Shown in pieces: positions 29,599 through 41,318 of a DNA stretch of 64,000 nucleotides (within the stretch, counting starts at the first letter, position 1; each line of letters begins with the position of its first letter). The DNA lies in the NCBI GenBank assembly GCA_963835575.1, contig CAWIGG010000003.1:256001-320000 (forward strand). The letters are read 5' to 3'. The notes below the pieces were generated by a model, which worked only from the letters and a program-made list of their open reading frames with translations, was not told where the DNA came from and ran no database searches. Source of the stretch: an uncultured Spirochaetota bacterium. GTDB taxonomy: Bacteria; Spirochaetota; Brevinematia; Brevinematales; JAOACQ01. The translations under genes were made by a program, and so were the position numbers.

Positions 29599-31023
29599 TT
29601 ATATTTTTAGTTCATTTGGTATTAAAGGAAGTTCAATAATAAAAGTGGACCCATTATTCTTACTCTCAACTCTGATAATACCACCAAACATTTCAATTAC
29701 TCTTTTAGAAATAGATAACCCGACTCCAGTCCCTGGATAGTTAGTTAACTTACTATCCTTTATCCTGAAAAATCGGTCAAAAATCTTTTCTTGATTTTCA
29801 ATACTGATACCAATACCAGTATCAATCACTTCTATGAAAGCTTTATTTTGAATAATTTTAGAAATAATGGATACAGTTCCAGTTTCTGTAAATTTAACAG
29901 CATTTTCAACAATATTAAATAATGCCAGATATATTAATTCTTTATCCACCATAACTTTTGCATTAGAAAGACCATCTTGATTATTAAAAAGTATATTCTT
30001 ACTTTCGGCAAGTGAGGTAAGATTTTCAAAAACCTGATTTATGCTATGTTGCAATAGTATGGGCTCTTTGGAAAAGTTAGCACTTTCCTCCAACCTTGCT
30101 AATAGGAGAAGTTTATTAATCAAGGTCTGAAGAAAAGCAGTTGATTCTAATAAATAATAAAAAGATTCTTTGAGATCATCATTAAGATCAGGGGAATTGA
30201 TTTGATTCTCAATTTTAATCCGGATGACTGATAAAGGGGTTTTTAATTCATGTGCTACATCTGAAATGAATTGTTTCTGGTGCTCAAACGACTTTTCAAT
30301 CCGGGATAAAAGATTATTGATTTCATCAGTCAATTGACCCAATTCATCTCCGGGATTCTCAAGAGGTATCCTTTCATGCAGGTTGTTAGTACTTATCCGG
30401 TTTGTCCTCACTATAATTGTCTTTATCGGTTTTAGAATTCTCCCGCCGAATAAATAGCCCACTATACCGATGAAACCAAGGAAGAGAAAAACACCAAGAA
30501 AATCAGCTATTGAAATTAATTGAAATTCCTTAAAATAATCATTGTATTTTACAGCTGTGATTATATAATAGTGAATTTTACTATTGAGAAAAACGGGTTC
30601 TATGCGGGTTCTGAAATATGACTGTTCGTCATGATTTTCTGGTTTACTCAAGCTAACTTTTGTGTTATGGATTCTTTTTGATTTTTTTAATGCTGAAGTC
30701 ATAATAAAATCTGAATCACTTAAAACAATAGGATTTATCTTTGCATAGGATGAAATATAAAGAATCTGTTTATCTGAAGAAAGGACCATTGTCCATCTAT
30801 CATCAATCAAGGATAAATCATCCGTTTCTTTAGTTATTATGAAGTCTTTATCCTTATCTAATTCAAAAATGTTAATTATCTCTTTAGTTAAATTTTTTAA
30901 TTCTTTATCCTCAGAATCGTAAGTGAGCTTAACGAATAGTGCTAGGACAAAAACACTAAAGATGATTATGATTGTTGCGCTCAATGCTATGTATAATAGT
31001 GAAATACGTGTTCTGATTTTCAT
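29599..31023 (-). CDS. HAMP-domain sensor histidine kinase
   Basis: 2 TM helices, AHELKTP, NAVKF, DTGIG, GTGVGL. Confidence 0.95.
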   Translation of the reverse strand: MKIRTRISLLYIALSATIIIIFSVFVLALFVKLTYDSEDKELKNLTKEIINIFELDKDKDFIITKETDDLSLIDDRWTMVLSSDKQILYISSYAKINPIVLSDSDFIMTSALKKSKRIHNTKVSLSKPENHDEQSYFRTRIEPVFLNSKIHYYIITAVKYNDYFKEFQLISIADFLGVFLFLGFIGIVGYLFGGRILKPIKTIIVRTNRISTNNLHERIPLENPGDELGQLTDEINNLLSRIEKSFEHQKQFISDVAHELKTPLSVIRIKIENQINSPDLNDDLKESFYYLLESTAFLQTLINKLLLLARLEESANFSKEPILLQHSINQVFENLTSLAESKNILFNNQDGLSNAKVMVDKELIYLALFNIVENAVKFTETGTVSIISKIIQNKAFIEVIDTGIGISIENQEKIFDRFFRIKDSKLTNYPGTGVGLSISKRVIEMFGGIIRVESKNNGSTFIIELPLIPNELKI

Positions 31024-31703
31024 TTCAGATCCTTATCAGTTAAAATAAATCCAAAACCTCTTTTTGTTTGAATGAGTGATTTTTCTTGAGTATCAATTTT
31101 TTTTCTCAAATTTTTAATATGAACATCAATGAAATTTGACATGGAAGTCTGGTCGAGTGATTCTCCCCATATATGTTCTCCAATATCTATTCTAGTTACC
31201 AACCGGTCTTTATTGTATGCTAAGAACTCAATGATTTCATACTCTTTTGGAGAAAGGCTAATCAATATTCCTTTACTCTTTGCTTGTTTGAGAGAAGTAT
31301 TGATTTCAAGATTGCTTATTATTATTATATTCTGACTGATTTTAAACTCCCTCCGTAAAAGGGATCTGATCCTGGCTAATAGTTCAGAAATTGCGAATGG
31401 TTTCGTTAAATAGTCTTCCGCACCAAGGTCCAAACCTTTCACTCTATCTTCCACTAAATTTTTTGCCGACAACATTAACACTGGGATAGAAAGAGAATTT
31501 TTCCTGATAGTTTTCAATACAGCAAAACCGTCGACTCCGGGAAGCATGATATCCAATATCATTAAATCAAAGAGAGATTCAAAGACTTTATCCAGAGCTT
31601 CTTCACCATTTGCAGCCCTTTCCACTAGGTATTTCTCACTGATCAGAGTATCAGCAATGCTTTTAGCTAAAAGCGGATCATCTTCAACTAATAAAATTTT
31701 CAT
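31020..31703 (-). CDS. OmpR-family response regulator
   Basis: LLVEDD, LDIMLP, KPF, C-terminal wHTH. Confidence 0.96.
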   Translation of the reverse strand: MKILLVEDDPLLAKSIADTLISEKYLVERAANGEEALDKVFESLFDLMILDIMLPGVDGFAVLKTIRKNSLSIPVLMLSAKNLVEDRVKGLDLGAEDYLTKPFAISELLARIRSLLRREFKISQNIIIISNLEINTSLKQAKSKGILISLSPKEYEIIEFLAYNKDRLVTRIDIGEHIWGESLDQTSMSNFIDVHIKNLRKKIDTQEKSLIQTKRGFGFILTDKDLK

Positions 31704-31822
31704 TTTATACCTATAAATTATTTAATAGTATTACACGCAGCATTTCATATTTCAAGTTTTTTAACCTTCATTCAATCTTCATAGTAGTAAGTTATAATAT
31801 AAAAGATTTATAGGAGAGAATT

Positions 31823-33034
31823 ATGAGCCAATCCATAAGTAAAGATTCTAAATTCATGCTGAGTAAAGTTCCAGAAGTAACGATTTATTTCTGGATCATC
31901 AAAGTATTATGCACAACTGTTGGCGAGACTTTCTCTGATTTTCTGAACATTAATCTTGGTCTCGGTCTGACTTATACCTCAATTATTATGGGAGCCTTAT
32001 TTCTAACGGTGATCATCTTCCAGTTTAAAGCGAAGAAATATATACCTGGCCTTTACTGGCTGACTGTCGTTATGATCAGCATCTTTGGTACCCTAGTGAC
32101 GGACAATCTGTCAGATAAAATGGGCATCCCTCTGGAAGTAAGCACTGCTGTATTCAGCATTGCCCTCGCGGCGACCTTTGCCATATGGTTCGTTTTGGAA
32201 AGAACACTCTCCATCCACTCTATTCTTACCAGAAGAAGGGAAGCATTTTACTGGCTGGCTATTCTCTTTACGTTCGCCCTGGGAACGGCATCGGGAGATT
32301 TAATGGCTGAGAGCCTGGGTTTAGGCTACCTCACAACAGGTATCATCGTTTTTGCAGTAATTGCTTCAGTAATAGTTGTCTGGAAATTCGGTCTTGATTC
32401 TGTACTTTCATTCTGGATTGCCTATATTATGACTCGCCCGTTGGGAGCTTCTTTAGGAGATTTTCTATCACAGAATAAGACAAATGGTGGACTGGGGATG
32501 GGAGCAACAACTACCAGTATTATTTTCCTTTCGGCAATTCTTCTAACAGTTCTGTTCCTTTCTATCACACGGCGCGATATGATAAAAAAAACAGTAACTC
32601 AAGATGTAACCAAGTCAAAAGGACTGGCGGTTTCCTGGCAAGTAGCACTAACTTTAACTGTGCTAGTGATCGCTGCCGGATCTGGCTATATTTGGCGCCA
32701 TACTACAATTCAGAAAGAATCTGTGGTTTCTGCTTCACCTGTCTTACCTTTAGGGGATCTGTCCGTTTTCCGAAAAATTACAGAAGATACACTGGGCCTA
32801 GTACAAGCAGGTAATATAGCTGCCGCTAAGACCCGTGTCAACGATTTGGAGTCTGCCTGGGATAATGCAGAGGCTCGACTGAGACCGATGAACCCGACAA
32901 AATGGAAATTGGTTGATAAATCTATAGATAATGTTTTAAGGCAATTACGGGCTGTTCATCAAGATGTTGATTCCTGTCAAAAGTCACTGGAATCACTGGT
33001 TTCCACACTCAATACCCTAGATAAAAGGAAGTGA
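31823..33034 (+). CDS. COG4705/DUF347 membrane protein
   Basis: SKVPEVT, FWIIK..TTVGET, TRPLGASLGD. Confidence 0.85.
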   Translation: MSQSISKDSKFMLSKVPEVTIYFWIIKVLCTTVGETFSDFLNINLGLGLTYTSIIMGALFLTVIIFQFKAKKYIPGLYWLTVVMISIFGTLVTDNLSDKMGIPLEVSTAVFSIALAATFAIWFVLERTLSIHSILTRRREAFYWLAILFTFALGTASGDLMAESLGLGYLTTGIIVFAVIASVIVVWKFGLDSVLSFWIAYIMTRPLGASLGDFLSQNKTNGGLGMGATTTSIIFLSAILLTVLFLSITRRDMIKKTVTQDVTKSKGLAVSWQVALTLTVLVIAAGSGYIWRHTTIQKESVVSASPVLPLGDLSVFRKITEDTLGLVQAGNIAAAKTRVNDLESAWDNAEARLRPMNPTKWKLVDKSIDNVLRQLRAVHQDVDSCQKSLESLVSTLNTLDKRK

Positions 33035-33106
33035 AATTACAGCAAATTTAAAAATGATATTTTTCATTTAGTTCCATTTTGATATCAATATTTAAGGGGT
33101 TTTTCT

Positions 33107-33967
33107 ATGTCGTTAATCTTGCAAGCTATCGTTCTTGGCCTGGTCCAGGGTTTGTCTGAATTTATTCCGATTTCCAGTTCTGCACATCTGATCATTATTC
33201 CCTGGCTATTCCACTGGAATGATCCAATAATATCCAGCCTGACCTTTGATGTGGCTTTACATCTGGGTACATTAGTTGCATTAATTATATTCTTTGCTTC
33301 TGATTGGTTGAAACTGATACAAGCTTGGATAGCCAGTATTATTGAACATAAAATCGGCAATGATATTAACCGTAAGATGGCGTGGCTAATCATAATCGGA
33401 AGTATACCAGGTGCTTTTGCAGGGTTTATAATGGAAAGCAGAATTGAAAAATACTTTCATTCCGATCCTATTGGATTTGTTCCTATGATAGCAATGGGGG
33501 TGATGATTGCGTTTATGGGCTGCATGCTTTTCCTGGCAGACAAATTGGCAAGTCATTCACGAAAGTTGGATAAACTATCATTGAAAGATTCAATCCTTAT
33601 CGGGCTTGCTCAGGCTATGGCAATTTTCCCGGGTGTTTCCCGTTCCGGCAGTACAATTACAGCTGGTCTTGCTCTTGGTCTGGAAAGGGAAACTGCTGCT
33701 CGCTTTTCATTTCTTTTGTCAGCACCGATTATCGCAGGAAGCGGTCTATTTAGTCTTTTTAAAATATACAAGGGATTTCATTCAGGTGCCATCACTCACA
33801 CAGAAATCATGCTGTTTCCAATCGGATTGATAGCAGCGGCTGTCAGTGGTTATTTCTGCATTAAAGTCCTATTAAATTTCTTAAAAAGAAATTCATTGTC
33901 TGTATTTGTTTATTATCGCTGGGCTTTGGCAATCCTTGTGATCGTGGTCGCATTTATACGTAAATAA
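33107..33967 (+). CDS. uppP: Undecaprenyl-diphosphate phosphatase (BacA)
   Basis: QGLSEFIPISSSAH and PGVSRSGSTI. Confidence 0.96.
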   Translation: MSLILQAIVLGLVQGLSEFIPISSSAHLIIIPWLFHWNDPIISSLTFDVALHLGTLVALIIFFASDWLKLIQAWIASIIEHKIGNDINRKMAWLIIIGSIPGAFAGFIMESRIEKYFHSDPIGFVPMIAMGVMIAFMGCMLFLADKLASHSRKLDKLSLKDSILIGLAQAMAIFPGVSRSGSTITAGLALGLERETAARFSFLLSAPIIAGSGLFSLFKIYKGFHSGAITHTEIMLFPIGLIAAAVSGYFCIKVLLNFLKRNSLSVFVYYRWALAILVIVVAFIRK

Positions 33968-34334
33968 CGTTAAATAATTGAATAGGAAAGGAATAATAAA
34001 TTATGCCAATCATAAGTTTTCTTTTTGCTTTGACTTTAAATACATCTATGGATACCAATTTAACTCTGAATGATTGTTTTCTGAAAGCAATACAAAGAAG
34101 TTATATTTTAGCGAACCAGGGAGAAACCCTAAAACAGGCTGAAGAGCAATATACACAAGCATGGCAGAATTTCATGCCAGTCCTATCTATGAGCGGTAGT
34201 GGCTATCTTTCGTCCTCTCAAGTTCTACCCAATAATAGTTCACTTGATATGAAAGTGTCACAGCCTCTATTCCGCGGTTTTAAAAGCATAGCAATACTTG
34301 AGCAATCAAAATTGCTGATTAAAGCGCAAAAAGA

Positions 34335-35730
34335 GAGTTTTTGTCAAATGTTGTGTATGACATACCCTCTCATTTTTTTATGCTGCCTTTTTTACAAGCT
34401 CTCCGTTCTCAAAAACAGCGCCTTCCAATACAAGGCTAATCTTTTCATAACCTCTTAATTTTCTCCATCGCCTGGATGCCTTATCCAGTAATTTATAGAC
34501 CATTATTAGAATCGTTTCCCTGGTTCCGCAGCCTCTCATCTTTTTAGTTCTTAATCGAACTGTAGAGAAGGTAGATTCTATTACGTTTGTCGTACGGATA
34601 TGTACCCAATGTTCCGCCGGACAGTTATAAAATTCGATCATAAGCTCCCAATCCTTTTCTAAACATTCGACAGCTGCTGGATATTTAGGATTAAAAACCG
34701 CCTGGAATAATTCAAAAGCTTTGATAGCATTATCCTTATCAGGAGCATTGCATATCTCATGAAGCATCTCTTTTGCCTTTGACTGTAATACTTTGGGCAG
34801 CTTGTTTAGAATGTTCTTTATCTTATGAACCCAGCATCTCTGCCATCTGGATTCAGGATATACTTCTTTGGCTGCTTTCCAGAATCCAAGGCTTCCGTCT
34901 CCGATAAAAAGAATAGGACCTTTCAAACCTTTTTCTTTTAGGTTTCTTAATATCCCTAACCAAGTCTCGGAATTCTCTCTGTAACCTTCTTCAACAAGAA
35001 TAATCTCCTTTTCACCATTCTCATTGGCTCCGATCATTACAAGAGTGCATAAACGGTCTTCGCTGCCCTGTACATTGAAGTAAATGCCGTCAACCCATAT
35101 ATAGCAATACTTTTTATCGCTTAAATCGGATGTCCGCCACTCATCATATTCTTTACCCCATCCTTGTTTCATTCTGCTTATACTTGAGGCTGATAATCCT
35201 TTCGCTTCTTCACCAAGCAATCCTCTCAAGGCATTCTCCATATCCATCTCTGAGACTCCATAGAGATACAACAATGGAATGGCTTCCTCAATTCTCAGGC
35301 TTTTTCTCATATACGGCGGTACTATTAGGCTTTGAAAATTGTCGCCTCCGAGTCGGTTCCTTGTTCTCGGAATACATACATCAATAGCCCCTCCACCAAT
35401 GAGAATCTGACGGGCTTTATGATACCCATTTCTTACTATTGCCTTTCTCCCGTCTTCGATAGTTAAATGCTCTCTCTCCTGAAGAAACCCATTAATTTCA
35501 TCTTCCAGAGCCTTCTTGATTATTTCCCTGGCCCCGATCCTTGCCAATTCTTCAAGACATAAAAATTCTACTGTTTCATCTTGATTAAAAGCCTGTAAGA
35601 GCTTAAAATCTTCGTTGTGCTTCGGCATATGGCGTATTCCTCCTTTTGTTTATTGTCGTAAATAAATTATAGAGGGTACGCCATCTTTTTTATAATATTT
35701 ATTCCTATACACAACTTTCTATTATAACTC
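34335..35730 (-). mobile_element. IS256-family insertion sequence, 1396 bp, 8-bp TSD CAAAAAGA
   Basis: Same ends as the 1323 copy; TSD at 34327-34334 and 35731-35738. Confidence 0.96.
34378..35628 (-). CDS. IS256-family transposase
   Basis: Differs from the 1366 copy at one residue (EERL versus EDRL). Confidence 0.96.
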   Translation of the reverse strand: MPKHNEDFKLLQAFNQDETVEFLCLEELARIGAREIIKKALEDEINGFLQEREHLTIEDGRKAIVRNGYHKARQILIGGGAIDVCIPRTRNRLGGDNFQSLIVPPYMRKSLRIEEAIPLLYLYGVSEMDMENALRGLLGEEAKGLSASSISRMKQGWGKEYDEWRTSDLSDKKYCYIWVDGIYFNVQGSEDRLCTLVMIGANENGEKEIILVEEGYRENSETWLGILRNLKEKGLKGPILFIGDGSLGFWKAAKEVYPESRWQRCWVHKIKNILNKLPKVLQSKAKEMLHEICNAPDKDNAIKAFELFQAVFNPKYPAAVECLEKDWELMIEFYNCPAEHWVHIRTTNVIESTFSTVRLRTKKMRGCGTRETILIMVYKLLDKASRRWRKLRGYEKISLVLEGAVFENGELVKKAA

Positions 35731-36641
35731 CAAAAAGATTCGTGGATATGGGCTTATGACCAGTTGTACCTGGATTCAGCCATTGCATTTTATAACCTTA
35801 TCAGTATCCAAAAACAACTCGAGCATATCCGGAGCCAAGTCAGTCTTTACAATGACAGAACAAAAGAAATCGAAGCTTGGGTACGGATCGGGAGGAGTCG
35901 TCCTAGCGATTTGTCCAGTGTGAAAGCCGCCCGTGTACTTTCCTACTCACAACAGTTACAGATGGAAGGGCAACTTTCCAATGCCTTTGAATTATTTCAA
36001 TTCTTGACCGGCATAACAAATTTATCAACCCTATCTCCCGAAACAAACTTACCGGACAGATTACCTGAATCAAGCGAATTCCTTAAATCTTTGGAGGAAC
36101 GCCCTGACTTAAAAGCAGCTAAATCACAAAGCTTTAGTGTAAAAAAAGCTATTGATATAGCAAAGAGTGATCGGTTACCTTGGGCCGATTTGGTAGTATC
36201 AACAGGGAATCCACAAGTGATAAGCAGCACACCCTGGAACTGGAATGTTCAGTTAGTCCTGACTTACAGTCTTTTTGCAGACACCTTTGTTCAATCTAAA
36301 ATAAACCAGGCCGAATCATTAAGCAGACAGTCTGATAATGTTTATCAGTATATGTATGAAAGTATCCAAAGGGATGTTCGTATTTCCTATTCATCCTTAT
36401 TATCTGATTTAGACCAAATCAAGACCTATCAGGAAGCCCTTAATTATCTTAAAGATAATTATCAGCTGATGGAAAAAGATTACAGGCTTGGTGCCGTAAA
36501 GATTACAGATGTTTTAACTGCTTATAGCACTTATGAAGATTCCGTCCGTGTTCTGGATTCCCTTATATATACAGCACAAATCGAATGGCTGCGTCTACAA
36601 ATTTTTTCCGGCGAGTTTCAGCTTCCGGTGGAGGTTAAATT

Positions 36642-39600
36642 ATGATATTACCTGAATTATCAATAAAACGTCCACTATTTGCTTGGATGTTGATGACTGG
36701 ACTTATTGTATTGGGTGCAATTTCATTTTTGCGAATGGGTATAAGTCAGCTTCCGGATGTGGATTTTCCAGTTGTTTCAGTCAATATCCGGTTGGAGGGC
36801 GCTGCTCCTGATGTTATTGAAACTGAGATAATCGATACTGTTGAAGATGCGGTGATGAGTATTCAAGGTGTCCGTTATGTGACCTCAGAATCAGAAAATA
36901 GTGAAGGGACAGTTACAATTGAATTTGATTTGAGCCGAAATATCGATCTGGCGGTCCAGGATGTCCAGGCAAAGGTAGCGGAAGTTTTGAAGAGACTTCC
37001 TAAGGATGCCAAACCTCCAACCATTTCAAAAGTTAACCCTGAGGATCAGCCAATACTGCTGTTGACATTGGATAGTGATAAATATTCACCCCGGTATCTC
37101 ATGGAATTTGTAAATGACCGATTAAAAAACCAGTTTTCAATGGTAGATGGTGTTGGCGATATTACACTTACCGGATATGTTGATCCTAACCTGCGTGTCT
37201 GGCTCTCTTCGAAAAATCTAAATAAGTATGATCTAACTGTTTCAGATATTGTCGATACCATTCAAAGAGGGAATTCGGAGATGCCCGCTGGAATTTTAAA
37301 TAACAATAATAAACAGCTTTTTGTACGGACAATGGGAGAATCAACCTCTGTTTTCCAATATGAAAATCTCAAAATCGTACATCGGAATGGGCAACCGAAT
37401 TATTCATTACTTTCACTCAGTAATGTGGCTAGAGTTGAAGAAGGTATGGCAGATATTACTAGAATAAGTCGAGCTAACGGTATTACTGGTGTTGGACTCA
37501 GTATTAGAAAACAACGTGGTGCAAATGCCGTTAATACAGCTAAAGCCATTCGTGCTAAGATAGATGAAATTCGGAAGACTCTCCCTGATGGGATGCATCT
37601 GGCTGTAAATTTTGATAGTACAACATATATAGAAAACTCAGTCAAAGAATTGTATTTTGTGCTCATATTATCTATTTTACTGACAGCTTTCGTTTGCTGG
37701 ATCTTCCTGGGTTCATGGTCTACAACATTGAATGTGCTTCTATCTATGCCGACTTCAGTAATTGGGACCTTCATTGTTCTTTATTTTTCAGGGTTTACTC
37801 TAAATATTTTTACTTTGATGGGGTTAAGCCTTTCAGTTGGAATAGTGGTTGATGATTCAATTATAGTACTTGAAAACATAATAAGACACCAGGAAAAGGG
37901 TAAAAACCGTCTAACAGCAGCAATGGAAGGTTCCAGAGAGATAAGTTTTGCTGCAATTGCAGCAACCATCTCAATTGTAGCTATATTTCTTCCTACAGCA
38001 TTTATGAGCGGTGTTATTGGAAAGTACTTTTTCCAGTTTGGTGTAACTATAACAGTGGCTGTATTACTTTCACTGGTAACTGCTTTGACCCTAACTCCAA
38101 TGTTCTGTTCCCGGTATGTTGGAACGGTAGAAAGGAAGACAACAACAGGAAAGTTAATTGATATGCTACTTGCCGGATTAACTAAAATGTACAGTAAAAC
38201 CTTATCTTGGGTATTAGATCACCGCTTAGTTGTTATCATTTCAGCATTTGCATTTTTTGGTCTGAGCTTCCTGACTTTAAGGTTTATCAATAAAGAATTC
38301 ATTCCACCTGAAGACCAGAGCCGCTTCAATATACGCATGACAACACCAATCGGATCGTCGCTTAGTTATTCTGATTCCAGGTTTTCAGAAGTTGAAAAAT
38401 TCCTGGCAGGCCGAAAAGAAATTGACCGTTATGTACTGCAGGTGGGCGGTGGTTCTCCGGGCGATGCTAATGGTGGATCAATACTGGTGACAATGAAAGA
38501 TCGTGGTCATCGAGGTATCGACCCTGTGGCAAAGCATGAACTTAGTCAACAGGAATTTATGGCGGTCTGCCGAAATCAAATCAATAAGCTTCATGATGTT
38601 CATGCTGTTATTCAAGACCTTTCTATGAAGAATTTTGTTGCTTCACGGGGTTTTCCAATTGAATTTACGGTACAGGGTCCTGATTGGGATGGACTTGCTA
38701 ATTATTCGAAACAAATAATGGACCGATTGGACAAAACAGGCCTTGTTAGTGATCTTGACTCGGATTATCAAGAAGGTGCACCTGAAATTCATATTATTCC
38801 AGACAGGAATAAAGCGGTAGAATATAGTGTCAATATAGCTGATATTGATCAGACAGTAAATGCTATGATAGGAGGTGTCATTGTCGGAACCTATCCAAAG
38901 GGTGGGCACCGCTATGATATTAATGTTAAACTTGAAGATTCCAAACAAACACCTGAAGAGAAAATCAAAAACCTTAATGTTTGGAATGATCATGGGGAAC
39001 GGATACCTCTACTTAAACTGGTCACAATTGAGGAAACTATCACAAAGGTCAGGATCAACCGCTATAATCGAGAACGTGCAATAACAATTTATGCCAATAT
39101 AAAAGAAGGAAAGTTTCAGCAGAAAGCATTACAGGAAGTTAATGATATATCCAGGAGTATTCTACCTGTCGGTTATTATATCAGTATGAGCGGTAGCTCA
39201 AAGACATTTGATGAATCTTATCAAAGTCTTTTATTTGCTTTGATTCTTGGAATCTTTATTGCCTATATGGTTCTTGCCGTACAGTTTAACAGCTTTATTG
39301 ACCCTGTTACAATATTAATGGCACTCCCGTTCAGTGCTTCAGGAGCACTTTTAGCTTTGTTCATTACCGGTCGTTCTATAAATATTTATAGTATGATCGG
39401 TTTTATTCTCCTTATGGGAATAGTAAAGAAAAACTCGATTCTACTGATAGATTTCACAAAACGTGTTCGAGCTGAAGGAAAAAAATCTTTAAAGGATGCT
39501 TTATTAGAAGCTTGCCCGATCAGATTACGACCGATTTTGATGACCTCGTTAGCAACAATAGCCGGTGCTGTTCCACCAGCATTATCCATTGGCCCATCGG

Positions 39601-39758
39601 CAGCAAGCCGCATGCCGATGGCTATTGCACTGATCGGCGGAGTGATCGTTTCTACATTATTGACCATTTTTGTAGTTCCTTGTGTTTATAGCGTATTGAG
39701 CCGGTTTGAACATCATGAAGTAGAGGCAAAAAAGGTATGGAAATCAGAAGAGAATTAG
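36642..39758 (+). CDS. RND efflux transporter, AcrB/AcrD/AcrF family
   Basis: 1038 aa; GIVVDDSI, VKKNSIL, RLRPILMT. Confidence 0.95.
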   Translation: MILPELSIKRPLFAWMLMTGLIVLGAISFLRMGISQLPDVDFPVVSVNIRLEGAAPDVIETEIIDTVEDAVMSIQGVRYVTSESENSEGTVTIEFDLSRNIDLAVQDVQAKVAEVLKRLPKDAKPPTISKVNPEDQPILLLTLDSDKYSPRYLMEFVNDRLKNQFSMVDGVGDITLTGYVDPNLRVWLSSKNLNKYDLTVSDIVDTIQRGNSEMPAGILNNNNKQLFVRTMGESTSVFQYENLKIVHRNGQPNYSLLSLSNVARVEEGMADITRISRANGITGVGLSIRKQRGANAVNTAKAIRAKIDEIRKTLPDGMHLAVNFDSTTYIENSVKELYFVLILSILLTAFVCWIFLGSWSTTLNVLLSMPTSVIGTFIVLYFSGFTLNIFTLMGLSLSVGIVVDDSIIVLENIIRHQEKGKNRLTAAMEGSREISFAAIAATISIVAIFLPTAFMSGVIGKYFFQFGVTITVAVLLSLVTALTLTPMFCSRYVGTVERKTTTGKLIDMLLAGLTKMYSKTLSWVLDHRLVVIISAFAFFGLSFLTLRFINKEFIPPEDQSRFNIRMTTPIGSSLSYSDSRFSEVEKFLAGRKEIDRYVLQVGGGSPGDANGGSILVTMKDRGHRGIDPVAKHELSQQEFMAVCRNQINKLHDVHAVIQDLSMKNFVASRGFPIEFTVQGPDWDGLANYSKQIMDRLDKTGLVSDLDSDYQEGAPEIHIIPDRNKAVEYSVNIADIDQTVNAMIGGVIVGTYPKGGHRYDINVKLEDSKQTPEEKIKNLNVWNDHGERIPLLKLVTIEETITKVRINRYNRERAITIYANIKEGKFQQKALQEVNDISRSILPVGYYISMSGSSKTFDESYQSLLFALILGIFIAYMVLAVQFNSFIDPVTILMALPFSASGALLALFITGRSINIYSMIGFILLMGIVKKNSILLIDFTKRVRAEGKKSLKDALLEACPIRLRPILMTSLATIAGAVPPALSIGPSAASRMPMAIALIGGVIVSTLLTIFVVPCVYSVLSRFEHHEVEAKKVWKSEEN

Positions 39759-39821
39759 TATAGATATTTATTTTGTATTGTAAAATAAAGTAATATCTTA
39801 TGTCTATAAGGAGGCATTTCT

Positions 39822-40295
39822 ATGGAAAGAAGAACAAACAAGTTCGTTATGGCCAGTATGGTATTAGTTGCTGTCTTCTGTATATCTTTATTTTCCTATG
39901 CTGAAGAAGGGAAGAAAGATATGCATGAAAAAGACAGAATTGTAAAGATGAAGGAAAAGTTGGGGTTGAGTGATGATCAGGTAACTAAAATCAAAGCTGT
40001 GTTTGCTGATTCAAAAAAGAACATTGAACCTCTAAAAAAGCAGTATGAAGCAGATCTGAAGTCCCTTAAGGACAAAGTTAAAGCAGGAGTTGCTGACAGT
40101 GAGCTTAAAATTTTACTTGACGCATTGCAGGCAGATGATCAAAAGATGATGGATGCTAGGAAGAATATTATGGAGCAAATGAAGGCTATATTGACACCTT
40201 TACAACAGGCAAAAGATATCATCGGAGAGAGATCGGAAAAAGAAAAGGATAAGGGTGATAAGAAAGAAAAAGAGGAAGAAGAAGATAATGACTAA
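39822..40295 (+). CDS. Spy/CpxP-like periplasmic protein
   Basis: Signal peptide; LGLSDDQ and ILTPLQQ (LTxxQ) motifs. Confidence 0.7.
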   Translation: MERRTNKFVMASMVLVAVFCISLFSYAEEGKKDMHEKDRIVKMKEKLGLSDDQVTKIKAVFADSKKNIEPLKKQYEADLKSLKDKVKAGVADSELKILLDALQADDQKMMDARKNIMEQMKAILTPLQQAKDIIGERSEKEKDKGDKKEKEEEEDND

Positions 40296-40318
40296 TTCAA
40301 CTTTGTAATAATGTTGAT

Positions 40319-40356
40319 GTAAGTCTCAAGGCTGTTTCAACAGTCTTGAGACTTAC
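40319..40356. terminator. Hairpin terminator
   Basis: GTAAGTCTCAAG/CTTGAGACTTAC. Confidence 0.7.
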
Positions 40357-41318
40357 TATATGTTTTTTATAAAACATTATATGAATTTATCTTCAACTAG
40401 TTTACCTAGATATCTTAGAATCGATACCGAAATGAAAAATTACTCTTATCTGTTCGAAATGTTAAATTCGACTGACGAAAAAGCATTTCTGGAAATCGGT
40501 TTTGCTGATACTGTTAACGATGTCTGGATAAATAATATATGGGTGGAAAAGATTGATTGATATTTGTTGAAAGATAAAAAAGTTAGAAAAACAATTAGCT
40601 GTTAACGGACAAATAATTTATTCCCTGACAAAAAAAGTTGTTTACAGGACAAAATAAAAAAAACATAATTCACTGTATATCAAAAAATGAAGCCCTCTAT
40701 CTGATTTTATAAGTATCAAAGCAAGAAAATATCAGAGAGGGGACTTCTTGGCGCTTATTAAAAAATAAATTATAAATTAGTATTGACATATTTTATTTAT
40801 GTGATACACTTGGTAAGCAAATCAGGAATATTTCCATAAATAATCAGTAACAATTCATTCTTAGCGGTTAATTTGAGCTTTAAATCCGGCTTAGGATCTT
40901 TTCAATAGTAGTTTTGCTAATTTTATAGATGTACGTATTTTTTACTTAGAAAACAATTAAAGGGGGTTCGATTATGAAAATGGATTTTTCGAAGAAAGAA
41001 CCTGAATTTAAGAGTTTCCAAACAAATACTGGGTTTGAATGTGAAAAAAAGTTATCCAGAACCAAAAAGGATAATTTAACCGAAGAAAAGCATTTTTTCC
41101 TTCAAGAAACCCACATTAGTGACAATTAGTTTCCAACAACACTTATCTGAATGAAATTAAATTATTCTTTCAAATAACTAGTTTAATATTCTACTATAAT
41201 AAACCAAGACATAACTTACGTGAGGTTTTTGAATTTTCCGGCGTTTCAATGAAAATAATATTAAGGGAAAAAGAAAAGGGGAAAAAACAAATAGTTTATA
41301 TTAATAAGGAGGACGATT

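Larger units (their letters stand above)
34003..36645 (+). pseudogene. TolC-family outer-membrane efflux protein interrupted by IS256
   Basis: KAQK-DSWIWAYDQLYLD rejoins in frame after removing the IS and one CAAAAAGA. Confidence 0.88.

Noticed and set aside
40560..41300. Riboswitch or ncRNA in the long intergenic region
   Set aside because: Only a hairpin (about 40690-40746), weak GACAAA repeats and a promoter-like motif; no recognisable RNA family
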